Of a DNA stretch of 64,000 bases, positions 13,105 through 25,150 are shown piece by piece. The notes under the pieces are model-generated. The model was not told where the DNA came from. It saw only the letters and a program-made list of their open reading frames with translations, and made no database searches. A program made the translations under genes and the position numbers. The stretch spans positions 58,282,001 through 58,346,000 of the forward strand of contig NC_086097.1 in the NCBI RefSeq assembly GCF_963921235.1. Direction: 5' to 3'. The stretch's first letter is position 1. Each line of letters starts with the position of its first letter. This stretch comes from Mobula hypostoma. Lineage: Eukaryota.

Positions 13105-14585
13105 AGAAAAAAAACTCTTTCATATCAAAGTGAAAACTGATCTCTACAAAGTGATCTAAACTAATTACAAATATAAAACACAAAATAGTTGATTGCATAA
13201 GTATCCACCCATTCAAGTCAGTATTTAATAGATGCACCTTTGACAGCTATTACATCCTTGAGTCTGTGTGGATAGGTCTCCATCTGTTTTGCACATCTGG
13301 ACACTGCAATTTTTCCACATTCTTTACAAAACTGCTCAAGCTCTGTTAGATTGCATGGGGATTGTGAGTGAACAGCCTTTTTCAAGTTCATCCACAGGTT
13401 CTCAATTGGATTGAGGTGTGGACCCTGCAGGACATTAATTTGTTGTTTTTAAGTCATTCTTGTGTAGTTTTGACTTTATGCATGGGATCATTGTCTTGCT
13501 GGAAAACAAATCTTCTCCCAAGACACAGTTCTCTTGCAGACTGCATCAAGGTTTCCTCCAGGATTTTCCTGTATTTTGCTGCATTAATTTTACCCTCTAC
13601 CTTCACAAGCCTTCCAGGGCCTGCTGCAGTAAAGTATCCCCACAGCATGATGCAGCCACCACCATGCTTCATGGTGGGGATGGTGTGTTTTTGACGATGT
13701 GCGGTGTTTGGTTTACATCAAACATAATATTTAGTCTCATGGCCAAAATTTTTGTTTCATCTGACCATAGAATCTTCTTCCAGCTAACTTCAGAGTCTCC
13801 CACATGTCTTCTGGCAAACTCTAGCTGAGCTTTAATGAGAGTTTTTTTTTCAAAAGTGGCTTTCTCTTTGCCACTCTCCCATAAATCTGTAATTGGTAAA
13901 TTACCCCGGCAACAGTTGTTGATGATTTCTTGATGATTGACTTAACTGTACTCCAAGGGATATTCAGTGACTAGGAAATTTTTTTGTATCCATCTCCTAA
14001 CTTGTGCTTTTTAATAACCTTTTCATGGAGTTGGTGGGAGTGTTCTTTTGTCTTCATGGTGTAGTTTTTGCCAGGATACTGTCTCACCAGCACTTGGACC
14101 TTCCAGATACAGGTGTATTTTCACCAATCAATTGAAACACCTTGACTGCACACAGGTCTCCAAAAACAGATCTCCATTTAACTAATTATGTGACTTCTGA
14201 AACTAATTGCCTGTACCAGTGATGATCTGGTGTCTCATAATAAAGGTGATGGGAGGAGTGAATACTCATGCAACCAATTATTTTGTGTTTTATATTTGTA
14301 ATTAATTTAGATCACTTTGTAGAGATCTGTTTTCACTTTTTCTTTTTTTTCTGTTCATCAGTGGCAAAAAAGCCAAATTAAATCCATTGTGATTCAATCT
14401 GTAAAACAATAATACATGAAAATGGGGAGAAGGCTGGAGAGTGGAGCTGAGTAAAAAGGATCAGCCATGATTGAATGGTCCAAATGGCGTAATTATGCTC
14501 CTATGTCTTATGGTCTTATGGAAAACTTCCAAGGGCGGTGGGGGGGGGGGGGGTGGCAGCATGAATACTTTTTATAGGCACTGTA
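13105..14585 (-). mobile_element. Tc1-family DNA transposon, decayed, left end truncated
   Basis: Transposase fragment KHGGGCIMLWG...FQQDNDP. Long TIR: ~13125-13210 is the reverse complement of ~14260-14340. The right terminus reads CAGTGCCTATAAAAAGTATTCA on the minus strand, followed by TA at 14584-14585. Confidence 0.92.
14423..14520 (+). mobile_element. CR1 3' tail inserted in the Tc1 right TIR
   Basis: GGATCAGCCATGATTGAATGG...GCTCCTATGTCTTATGGTCTTATG, similar to the CR1 tails at ~28850 and ~44500. Confidence 0.6.
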
Positions 14586-14659
14586 CATACTTGACCTTGT
14601 AATTCCCTGACATGTGCTTCTCAATTTTAAATATAGCTATGGGGATTTGAATACAAGTG

Positions 14660-14990
14660 GAAGGATGTGTTGCCACAATTATATGATGGCATCCATCTGT
14701 CTCGAAGAACAATGGATAGCGGCAGTGGAGTGACCTCTCCAGAACACAAGCTTGGGCAGAAGGGATGGAGATTCTGGGATACCCAGTTGTCAAGATCTCC
14801 CTCTCGGCCTCACCAGTATAGATTAAAGGAAAATGAAGCAATACGTATGGCACCAGCTTGGCTAGAATCTGGCAGTGGGATGTTCAGTGATGTCCAGCTG
14901 CCTTAGGGGCTCCATTTTGGATTTCTGTCTGCATTTACTCCCATTGACCTATCTCTCCTGAGGCTGCCCACAAGGCAGTGGGGCTACTTA
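14660..14990 (-). mobile_element. Diverged relative of the 3158-3645 element
   Basis: Reverse complement contains TGCCTTGTGG, GGGAGTAAA, CCCTAAGGCAG and GCTGGTGCCA in the same order. Confidence 0.45.
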
Positions 14991-15019
14991 CAGTTCTGTG
15001 AGACCCAATTAACCCTCTG

Positions 15020-15390
15020 TCTGGAATACTGCATTCAGTTTTGTCCCAAACCTGCAGTAAGACAACCTTGCAACTGACAGAGTAACTCCTGGAATAGGGA
15101 TTTTGCTTCATGAGCAGAGAATAAGTAGATTGAGCCTATAGTCCATAGAGATGAGCTCACTAAAGCAGTTACAATTCTTACGGGACTTGACAGGACAGAT
15201 GTTGAGGGATTATTTCCACTGGCCAGGATGTGTAGAACCACTGGTCAGAAGAAGGAATCCAAATAAGGAATTGGTTATTTTAAGAATGATATTAGAAATT
15301 GCCTCACGCTGAGAGTAGTGCATTTTTGAAGACCTCTATCAGAATAACAGAGTATCTTCAATTATAGAGTCTATTCAAAGCGGAGTTCTA
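15020..15390 (+). mobile_element. Decayed CR1 3' fragment
   Basis: CTGGAATACTGCATTCAGTTTTG (LEYCIQF) followed by GGACTTGACAGG...TTTCCACTGGC. Confidence 0.5.
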
Positions 15391-17324
15391 TTTCCCATAC
15401 AAAATAAATATATCGATATGGATTTAAAACAAGCATCAGAATGAGAATCGGGTTTATTATCGCAGACATAAGTCGTGAAATTTGTGATGCTGATTTTTAG
15501 GAATGGCAGAGAAGGCACAGGGAATTGAATAGCTAAAGTCCAATCTTTCATATGTTGTTATGTTTGAAATGCTTTTTAAATTATTTCTAGTCTTCATGGA
15601 TAACTCGTTGATCATGGATTTGCCTGATCCAAAATCTGAACTGTTGGGATTGCTGTTTTTACATCACATCAGGCTTGTAAGCAAGTGCGGTAGAGTTATA
15701 TATTTTTAAAGCTGTTGGTGTGGAGAGGCATTGGGATCATGTGCCATGAGTTGCCGGCATAAGTTATACGATAATATAAAGTGAGGCTAAGCACTGAGAA
15801 AAGAAAACCTGTGAAGGAAATGCAACCGTTTAGCTCCTGGAGAAATGGCTTGCAATAGATTAGGGAAAAGAGGTAGATCTAGGCTGGGAGGCATTGTGAC
15901 TACTTGTTTATGCTGTCACAGTAGCTGTGAAATGCAACTACAAGATGTAAACAGACATCCACTTTCTCATTATCAGTCTGTTCCTCAGAACCATTTTATT
16001 GCCTGCAGCTCTGAATCCTTTTGGTCCAAGAGACCTCACTTATCTTTTTTTCTCTCTCTCTGAAGATATTCTAAGAAAGAGGAACACATTTATGTTTTTT
16101 TTAAATCTGTAAAGGTTGAAATGCAATTAAATGATTATAAGTATTACTTCAGGGATTTTTGTGGTTGGATGAGGAATCAAATTTGCTGTTTACAAGTACT
16201 TTGCAATACATTTCAGGAAGTGATTCAAAAAAAACTAAGTTTTCATCTTCTGTAGATTAGAATATATTTGACAGACATTGAAATGCCCGCTGTGGATGTT
16301 CAGGGTTCTATGGTTTATTAATGACTTCTTTCTAGTGAGTTAGAATCGATCATCCCGGCCTTCAAATAAGTACCCTTCAGGAATGTCAGATGTTTGCAAA
16401 ATGTATATTATTAATCAAAAATTTAGGCTAATGCAATAAGTTTTGTCTTAAAAATCTGCATGACAATTTGGAATAAATGTAAGATATATACAACAGGTCA
16501 TGACAAAATCTGTAATAGCTGGTTTTAATACATATCATAACTTCTCTCACCAAACACAGAAAAATTGAAGAATTTATTTTCCCTTTCAGTTCTCTCCACA
16601 TTTCACTGACAAAGGCAATAATTCACTGTGGAGCTTGGTTATAGTGTCAATCTGAAACGCTTCTATGCATGAGTCAAATGAGTTTGGAAATAATTTTAGC
16701 TTTGAGCAACTGCAAACTGATCAGCCACTTAGATCAATGAAATATAAACTGAGGTATACAATGAATCAACATTGTTCATTTTACACAACTACTCAAGTTT
16801 AGCATAACCTCTCCAGGGTCACGTGGAATTATCAGAATTGTGCTAAATCCTGTCCTTGTTTAATCGCCATTTATAAGTTCTTCAAGTTCCTTAGATACAT
16901 TTAAGAGAGGCAACCTAAGTCAATTCTCCCCTCTGTAATAAACATTTATGATTTATGTAGCTCTGCTGGTTAAGTTGAATTCAGCTAACTCAAGGCTAAC
17001 TAGGAACTGAATAAAAAATCCACATACTCAACACCACTTTGTGTATATGTATGCACCCACCTAGCCATCAGAGGAGATAACCGAAGATATAGTAAACTAA
17101 AAAGGGCATCACTTGAATGACCTTACTGATACTATATTAAACTTAAGGCTGTAATTGTATTTACACCCTAAAGGCATGCTGCAATGCACATAGTTGGAAA
17201 TACAAGACTGTAATGACATTTTAAGTTACATTCTTCATATATATATACTATGTTTAAATTTCATTTTCTAAAAGTATCACAAATTATGGAAACATGAATA
17301 TTTCATTCTTGAACTATCATCCTT

Positions 17325-17555
17325 AAACACACAAGAGATTCTGCAGTTGCTGGAAACCTTGGGTAAAACACACAAAATGCTTGAGAAATTCAACAGGTCA
17401 GGCAGCATCCATGGAAGGAAATAAACAGTTGAGATTTCAGGCTGAGAGCTTTGGCAGGATTGGGAAGGAAAGCGGCAGAAACCAGGTTAAGAAGGTGGGG
17501 GAGGAGGAGGAGTACAAGCTGGCAGGGGATAGGTGAGACCAGGTGAGGGGGAAAG
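17325..17555 (-). mobile_element. Penelope-derived short repeat (pLTR fragment)
   Basis: CTGCAGTTGCTGGAAA...ACACAAAATGCT...CAGGTCAGGCAGCATC, then a degenerate hammerhead motif and a purine-rich tract, as at 46857-47313. Confidence 0.65.
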
Positions 17556-19029
17556 ACTACTATAAATATGGCCTCCATTAAAATAAATTCATTTGCTATT
17601 CTAATTTCAAAATTCTACATAATTATTTGAAATTTTAAGAAAAGCAGAAAAAAATAATTAAAATATTTTTCATCTGATCTGTCAATAGATTTCAGCACTA
17701 ATAATAACCACCTACAAATGGTAAATTCTTTACAATGAACAGTGGAATTAATTTAATTGAATAACACTGAAGGTCAAATACTGACAAAACATTTGGTCAA
17801 ACAAAGATGCTTTGATCTGTTGGGATAAATGTTTGTTTTCTCAGACAATATCTCTTTGTATTATTAATAACAAATAACAAGCTTTTTCACTGTTTTCTTA
17901 TAAATAAATTAGAACACAAACAAAGTTCTATTGAAGCTTTATTATCAGAAAAAACTCCAATTAGTATTTCTAAAGCACCTTTAATATAGGCTCAAAGGCA
18001 CTTTTGAGATCCATTATCAAATTAAAAATTGATATCAAGTCACATAAAGAAATATAAAGACCAATAAGGTTTGTAAAGAACAGAGACATTTAAATAGGGA
18101 ATTTCGGGGACTATAGCACTTGCAACTGAAGACATGGCCATGAATGCCAGAAAAATTAAATTGAAGAAGCCATAAAAGATCAGATGGAGGAATGAATCTC
18201 AGTGGGTAAATCGACTAGAGGATGCAAGTAATTGTAAGAGCAAAGCTATGCGAGATTTGCAAGCAAGAATGAGAATATTGAATTAGAAGCATTGCTTAAC
18301 CATGCAGGAAATATGTTTGCAAACATAGGGGTAATGGGCAAACGTGATTTCATGCAAATTAGCAAACTCACAGAAGTTCCTACACTGCACACCAAGTTAA
18401 TGTCAAGGTCTCGAATTCACCCTCAGAAACCTTGCCTTAAGTTCTTGTGAAATGTTCCAAAAGTTTAAAAAAAGCTTCACTGGCAATGTAGAGAACCATT
18501 TTTTTAATATAAATGTGAATTTTCCATTTTGACCAGGAGGGGTCATTTGGCTGCATTGTAAGCTCCCCAAAGTGCAGATATTCATCAAGCGATCCAATGC
18601 ACTTGCAGACACCTCCTGGCAACCTTGTGCCTTTAGTTCCATTTGCATGAGGAAACTGTTTCGGCACCTGCTATTCCCCAGTGGCCTGTGCGAGTTTCTG
18701 CAGTACCCTGGGAAGGTCCTGTCACCACCCCTTCCCTTCCCACCAATGCAGCACGTGTTCATTTCTTGCCATTCCCCCTCAGCAGCTGGAGAAGTGTTGT
18801 TGTTGCATCATAGTGTGAGTCTTTGAAGGCACTTTCCTGATTCCAGGTATGGAAGGAGAAGTGCTCTCGCATGAAAATTCAGCCTGTAGCATTGCACACT
18901 TCCTGAAGCAGGATAACAATTTGTGCCCCTGGCATTGTTTTGCGATGGGTACAAATGAATTTCTTGATTTATTTTTCCTGAGCATTTTGAAACATGTTAA
19001 TGAAATTGCTAAACCCTTTGAATGCAAGT

Positions 19030-19290
19030 AAAAAATAGTTCAGATAAACTTTAGCCTCTGCTGCCCAGTTTGCACATGGTAAGTTGCCATGAACAGCGAT
19101 GCAATAAGGAGCTATTACTTTCATTTAGTGATGTTGATCAAGGGATGAATATTGGTGTGGATGACTGTGATAACTCTTCTTCAAAGAACTTGTATACACC
19201 TGAGAGGACAAGTAGGGCCAATATTTACTGTAATTTGAAAGACGGCTCTCCTGACAGTGAAACATTCCCTCAGTGCTGCATGTCTTGTTT
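19030..19290 (-). mobile_element. DeuSINE-superfamily SINE remnant (SacSINE1/AmnSINE1-like Deu domain)
   Basis: AGGGATGAATATTGG...CACCTGAGAGG...GAAAGACGGC...GACAGTG...TCCCTCAGTGCTGCA matches the antisense Deu-domain pattern as I recall it. Confidence 0.6.
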
Positions 19291-19584
19291 TTTCTCCCTG
19301 ACAAAGCTCTAAGCACAAACAGATGGAGAAGAATAGAATCATGTAAGCAGGCAAGTAGAGAAGAAAGATATAAAAAGTTTGGTATCAAAAGTTGCTAACT
19401 AGGAGAAAGGGATAGAGGGTTTCTCTCTGACACAGTTAGAGTGGAAACAAACTAAGGGGATTCATAAGGAAGCTTCAATGACTTTGTTTGTGTTCTAATT
19501 TATTTATAAGAAAACAGTGAAAAAGCTTGTTATTTGTTATTTATAATACAAAGAGACATTGTCAGAGAAAACAAACATTTATCC

Positions 19585-19996
19585 CAAGAGAGCGTAGAAG
19601 GTTGAGGGGGGACTTGATAGAGGTATTTAAAATTATGAGGGGGATAGATAGAGTTGACGTGGATAGGCTTTTTCCATTGAGAGTGGGGGAGATTCAAACA
19701 AGAGTGCATGAGTTGAGAGTTAAAGGGCAAAAGTTCAGGGGTAACATGAGGGGGAACTTCTTTACTCAGAGAGTGGTAGCTGTGTGGAATGAGCTTCCAG
19801 CAGAAGTGGTTGAGGCAGGTTCGATGTAGTCATTTAAAGTTAAATTGGATAGCAAAATGGACAGGAAAGGAATGGAGGGTTATGGGCTGAGTGCAGGTCA
19901 GTGGGACTAGGAGAGGGTAAGAGTTCAGCAGGGACTAGAAGGGCCGAGATGGCCTGTTTCCATGTTGTAATTGTTATCTGGTTATATGGTTATATA
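19585..19996 (+). mobile_element. CR1 3' fragment
   Basis: ERRRLRGDLIEVFKIMRG...FFTQRVVAVWNELP, with a GGTTATAT repeat tail. Confidence 0.9.
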
Positions 19997-20059
19997 ACTG
20001 AGTTCCAGAATCCATGAAGGTGAAGGCTGTTTGGAGGAGAGTGGAAAGAAAATCAAGTA

Positions 20060-22742
20060 TTGATATAATAATTTGTTCAGGTGGAAAAGTTGGCTGTTGG
20101 TTTTGGATGCGGAGTGATAATTATCTTCGATGTATCACCTGCAGCACTGGGGTCCCAACGCACTCGAACACAGTTACACTACAATTGAGAATGCCTACTA
20201 TTCCATGCCGAGACAACATTTTGAGAAATCTAATCACTTAGCTCTCCTCCTACTTGTATACAGGCAGAGGCTAAAGAGCAAGGCTCCAGAGATAAGGACA
20301 ACAAAGAGGTGGTCACTGGAGGCTGAGGAACGGCTATGGGATTGCTTCGAGTCTATAGACTGGGCTGTATTCAAGGACTCTTCAGAGGATTCGAATAAAT
20401 ACACCATGGTCGTCTCAGACTTTATAAAAACAGTTGTAGACGAGTGTGCCCCACAAAATCTTTCAGTGTCTTCCCTAACCAGAAGCCCTTATATAAACCA
20501 TGAGATCAGAAATCTGCAGAGGGCTAGATCAGTGTCATTCAGGTCTGGCAAAATGTTAGATACAGGAGGTCCAGGTATGATGTCCAGAAAGCAATCTCAC
20601 ATACAGAGTAGCAATTCAGGACTAAACTTGAATCACTGAAGGATGCTCGACAGCAGTGGGAAGACTTAAATGCTATCACCCCTTACAAAGTGCAACCAAG
20701 GGACCTAGGTTCACTCCCAGATGAACTCAATGCTTTCTATCTTTGCTTTAACCAGAAAAAACAGAGGCAACTTCCTGAACACTGACAGCCCCTGATAACC
20801 CTAAATTTTCAGTCTTTGAGGCCAACATAAGAGCATCTTTCAGGACGGTGGAAGACTTCTGGCCCAGATAGAGAAACTGGCCTTGTACCAAAGACCTATA
20901 CCTATTAACTGGCTGGAGTGTTCAACATCTTTAACCTGTCACTTTGGCAGTATGATGTACCCACCTGCTTCAAGCAGGTTTCAATTAAAGCACTACTTAA
21001 GAAGAACATGGTAACTTGCCTCAATGACTATCATCCAGTGGCACTAACATCCTCTGTGCTTTGAGAGGTTGGTGATGAAACATATCAACTCCTGCATAAG
21101 AAGCAACTCGGATTCACTCCAGCTTGCTTACCGTCACAACAGGTCAACAGCAAGTGCCATTTCATTGGCTCTTCACTCAATCCTGAAACATCTAGACAGC
21201 AAAGATGCAAAAATCAGAGCACTCTTCATTGAACACAGCTCAGTATTCAATGCTAACATCTTCTTAAAACTAATCAATAAGCGTCCAGTCTTGGGCCTCA
21301 ATACCTGCTTCTGCAACTGCATCATTGATTTCCTCACTTTCAGACCCCAGACTGTTTGGATTGGCATCAACATCTCCTCCACAGTCTCCATCAGCACAAA
21401 TGCACCACAAGGCTGTGGTGGCCCCCTGCTCTACTCACTTTATGCTTATGACTGTGTGGCTAAGCACAGCTTTAATGCCATACTGAACCTTGCCAATAAC
21501 ACCATTGTTGGTAGCTGAATCAAAGGTGGTGACGAATTAGTATATAGGAGAGAGGTTGAAAATTGGGCTCAGTGGTGCCATAAAAACAACCTCTCACTTA
21601 ATGTGATAAAAGACCAAGCAAGTGATTATTGATTTCAGGAGTAGGAAGATGGAAGTCCATAAGCCAGTCCTCATCGGGGTATCAGGAGGTGAACAGGGTC
21701 AGCAACTTTAAATTCCTCAGTGTTATCATTTCAGAAGATCTGTCCTGGGTCCAGCACACAAGTGCCATCACAAAGAAAGCTCATCAGTGCCTCTACTTTC
21801 TTTGATGTTTTTGAAGGTTTGACACGTCATCTAAAGGTTTGACAAACTTCTATAGATGTGTGGAGGAAAGTATATTAACTAGAGCATGTTGCACCATGGC
21901 CTGGTATAGAAACACCAATGCCCTTGATTGGAAAATCTACAAAAAGTCCATCACAGGTAAAGTCCACCCCTCTATTGAGCACATCTACATGGTGTGCTGT
22001 CACAGGAAATCATCATCCATCATAGGCCGGCTGGTGGCGCAGTGAGATCAGCGCTGGGCTCTGGAGCGAAGGTTCCCGAGTTCGAATCCAGGTCGGGCCA
22101 CCCCCGAATACGCTTTCCATCCGTGCCAGGTTGAGTGTTGAGCTAGCCACTCGGTCTCGTAAAAGAAAATACAAGAGTCAAGTCAGGAACGTTCATAATG
22201 TGACCCGGTTAATCCTGACATCATGTGCCAGACAGGAATGGCTAAATGTCTGGTACGACAGGCTTAAAAAAAATCATCCACCATCAAGGACCCCCACCAT
22301 TCAGGCCAAGCTCCCTTCCTGCTACTGCCAGTAGGAAGAAGGTAAAGGAGACTCAGGACCTGCACCACCGGGATCAGGAACAGTCATTACCTTTCAACCA
22401 TCAGGCTTTTGAACCAGAAGGGATAAGTTCATTCAACTTCACCTACCCCATCACTGAACTGTTCCCACAACCTATAGACCCACTTTCAAAGATTGTTCAT
22501 CTTATGTTCTTGATATTTATTGCTTATTTATTATTATTATTATTTCTTGTTTTTCTTCTTTATTTTTGTATTTGCAGAGTTGTTTCTTTTTGCACATTGG
22601 TTGTTGTCCATTCTGTTGGGTGTAATCTTTCACTGATTCTACTGTGTTTCTTGTGTCTACTGTGATTGCCTGCAAAAAAATGAATCTCAGTTTTCTATAT
22701 GGTACCACGTATGTACTAAGATAATAAATATATATTTGAACT
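20060..22742 (+). mobile_element. Rex1/Babar-clade LINE, decayed
   Basis: DCFESIDWAVF, CLNDYHPVALTS, QLAYRHNRSTASAISLALH, APQGC and TNFYRCVEESILT. 3' UTR ends with AATAAA and a TTGAAC tail. Confidence 0.88.
22025..22273 (+). mobile_element. tRNA-derived SINE inserted in the Rex1 element
   Basis: A box TGGCGCAGTGAG (22035-22046), B box GAGTTCGAATCC (22078-22089), A-tail 22266-22273, and an ATCATCCA(T/C)CAT duplication on both flanks. Confidence 0.85.
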
Positions 22743-25059
22743 TAATCAATTTAAACAAGAAGGTGAAGTAATAAAATGGTGGATTCAATAACAATATTGA
22801 TTAAAGTGAAAGGAATTTGGACTTTCAGGGTTGAGCAAGAGGTGGGTTTCTTTGGTGAGATGGGATCAAGAAGAGGACAGTAGGGAAATTTGGGCGAGTG
22901 GGCAAGAGCAAGAAAAGGAAGGGGCAGAGGCAGCTAACTGAATGGTTATTTGTGACGAGGAAGAGGGCTTTATGAAAGTATTTCATGGTAAAGAAAGGAA
23001 GCCAATTTTTTATTTTAGGATAATTCTGAAGCACTAAGCCATTTAGACTGATGATTGGCATTCGGTAATCATTTGTGCAGGCTAGTGAATATGGCAGTAA
23101 CTGGCTAATACAATTGCTGGCCATATCCATTTGTTAAAGGAGAGGGCATGTAGAGAGCACTGGCACAAGAGGGCAGGATGAGAGAAAGTATTGGTCCTAA
23201 TGAGGAACAGATCAGCATTGTGGAAGTGGAGCAACTGAGTAATTGTTAGCTGCAGAGATAAATTAGGGTGCAAGACAGAAAATTGATGTTTGGGACTTTG
23301 GAATTTTAGAACAGTGATACAAGGAAGAGGTGAAGGAAATGGGAAGAGAGATGCGGATGGGGACAGTTCGAGGAATAGTAACAGGTAGTCTCATTTGTGT
23401 TTTAAGAGAACTGGTGAAATTTTGTGAGATGCTATAAGCAATGTGGTGGCTGTGAATATGGGCTGGGTGGGTTGCATGGAGAGATAGGTTAAGGAGGGTC
23501 TGAGGCTAGTAGAAGAAGAGGGAGAGTGAAATTGTTGAGAGTGAGAAGTTGCTCACTCAGTGATGTTGAGTGAGGTATGACCTGGACATCCGGGATAAGT
23601 ACCTGCTCCTCTTCAAAGTAGTTTCAAGAAACTCTATGCACTTGAGAGGACAATACTCACTGAAATTTGAAATACGACATGGATAAATATATCTGAAAGA
23701 ATTGTTCATGGCACCTGGTGGTAGAGAAGGGAAAAATACATTGTAATCACAACAGTTTGAGTTAAACTTCATGTAGTAAAATCTAGATTTGCACATCACC
23801 AAACATAGCTGCACAATACAGCAGACAAAGTAAACAGTGGTTTAGCAAAGAATATAATCAATATAAAATATGTCTGTACTACATCTGCTAATTATTTTGT
23901 GAAACAATTATTTGTTTCCACTTGGTCTTTTTATATGAATATGGTAAAAGTTTACTTACAGCATTAAGAATTAAAAATTCAGCTATAATTGACATTTCAA
24001 TGATCAAATTGAGAACATCTATTCAAACCAGTTTTTGCTTTGCAAAGAGCTTGCTATGTAATTTGGATGGTATGAATTCACCATTTCAGAACTCAGTCCT
24101 GGTCTTGAACCAATGGATCAACTGTTTTTCAACACAGTGAATCATAAGGTCATAATAACCGTCATGATCACGAGTGAAGGACAGATTTTTGAACGGACTG
24201 ATGTTATATTTTTGAAGAACGGGCACTGTTTGTAACAGCCTGTAATTGCTATGACTTTGCTGGGCAGATCTTATATCCAAGTCAGTGCAGATGAGTCAAT
24301 AATATTATCTCCATCATTACAAATGACTAATGAGAAGAGTTTTATGCAATAAAACTCAGTGGTTAGGTTGCTGTAAAAGACTTAATAACATTTATAAATA
24401 GTCAATTGCCCAATGAAATGCAGCCAATCTTTCTTAAAAAAAAGAAAATGTTTATATAGGAGGAGCAAGAAGATGAATTTTACTTCACTTTTTAAAACTT
24501 GTTTTAAAACTCAGAAGTATTGATTATGTTATGAGGACATTCATCTTTCATAACAATTTTAAAGTAGGGAAGCATTCCAAAGTGCTTTAATAGGTCTGAG
24601 GAGGGTTGACATTGAGAAGTAAATGGACATTAAGAAATGAAAGCTTGATATAGTTTCAAGATAGTTCTTAAAGAAGTGGCAAAAGGTGGGGAGGGCGATT
24701 GTTACAGAGAGGAGCTTAGGCAACCAAAACTAAGCTGATAATGTGAAAATATGATTTGGATGTGAAACAAATGTATTTGCTTTGTGTCTTCTGAGATAAT
24801 GGTTAAAATTTACTGGTTTGAACCCCAGTTTCACGAAGTGTGCTGCTGCAGGACATGCTATAGTTTACAGAAAGGGAGTAAAGAAAATGGGCTAGAAGGT
24901 ACAGATACTTGGCAGAGATGGTAGAGCATAGGACTGTAGAGAGGAGTAGTGAATTGAATGCACATACCGCACACCCTGAAGGGAAAGGGCCGGAAGGCAT
25001 CAGCTTGGATTGCTTTCTCACCACTCCCCTTCTTTTTATACTGCTTACCTTGCCTTTCC

Positions 25060-25150
25060 ACTTTCAGTCCTGATGCAGGGTTTCATCTCAAAATGTTGAC
25101 AATTCCTTTCCTCGCACAAATGCTGAGTTCCTCCAGCAGATTGTTTGTTT
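25060..25150 (+). mobile_element. Penelope-derived short repeat with degenerate hammerhead motif
   Basis: CAGTCCTGATGCAGGG...AAAATGTTGAC...TGCTGAGTTCCTCCAGCA. Confidence 0.6.

Noticed and set aside
22025..22100. tRNA gene
   Set aside because: The A/B boxes continue into an unrelated body, A-tail and TSD, so it is a SINE head.
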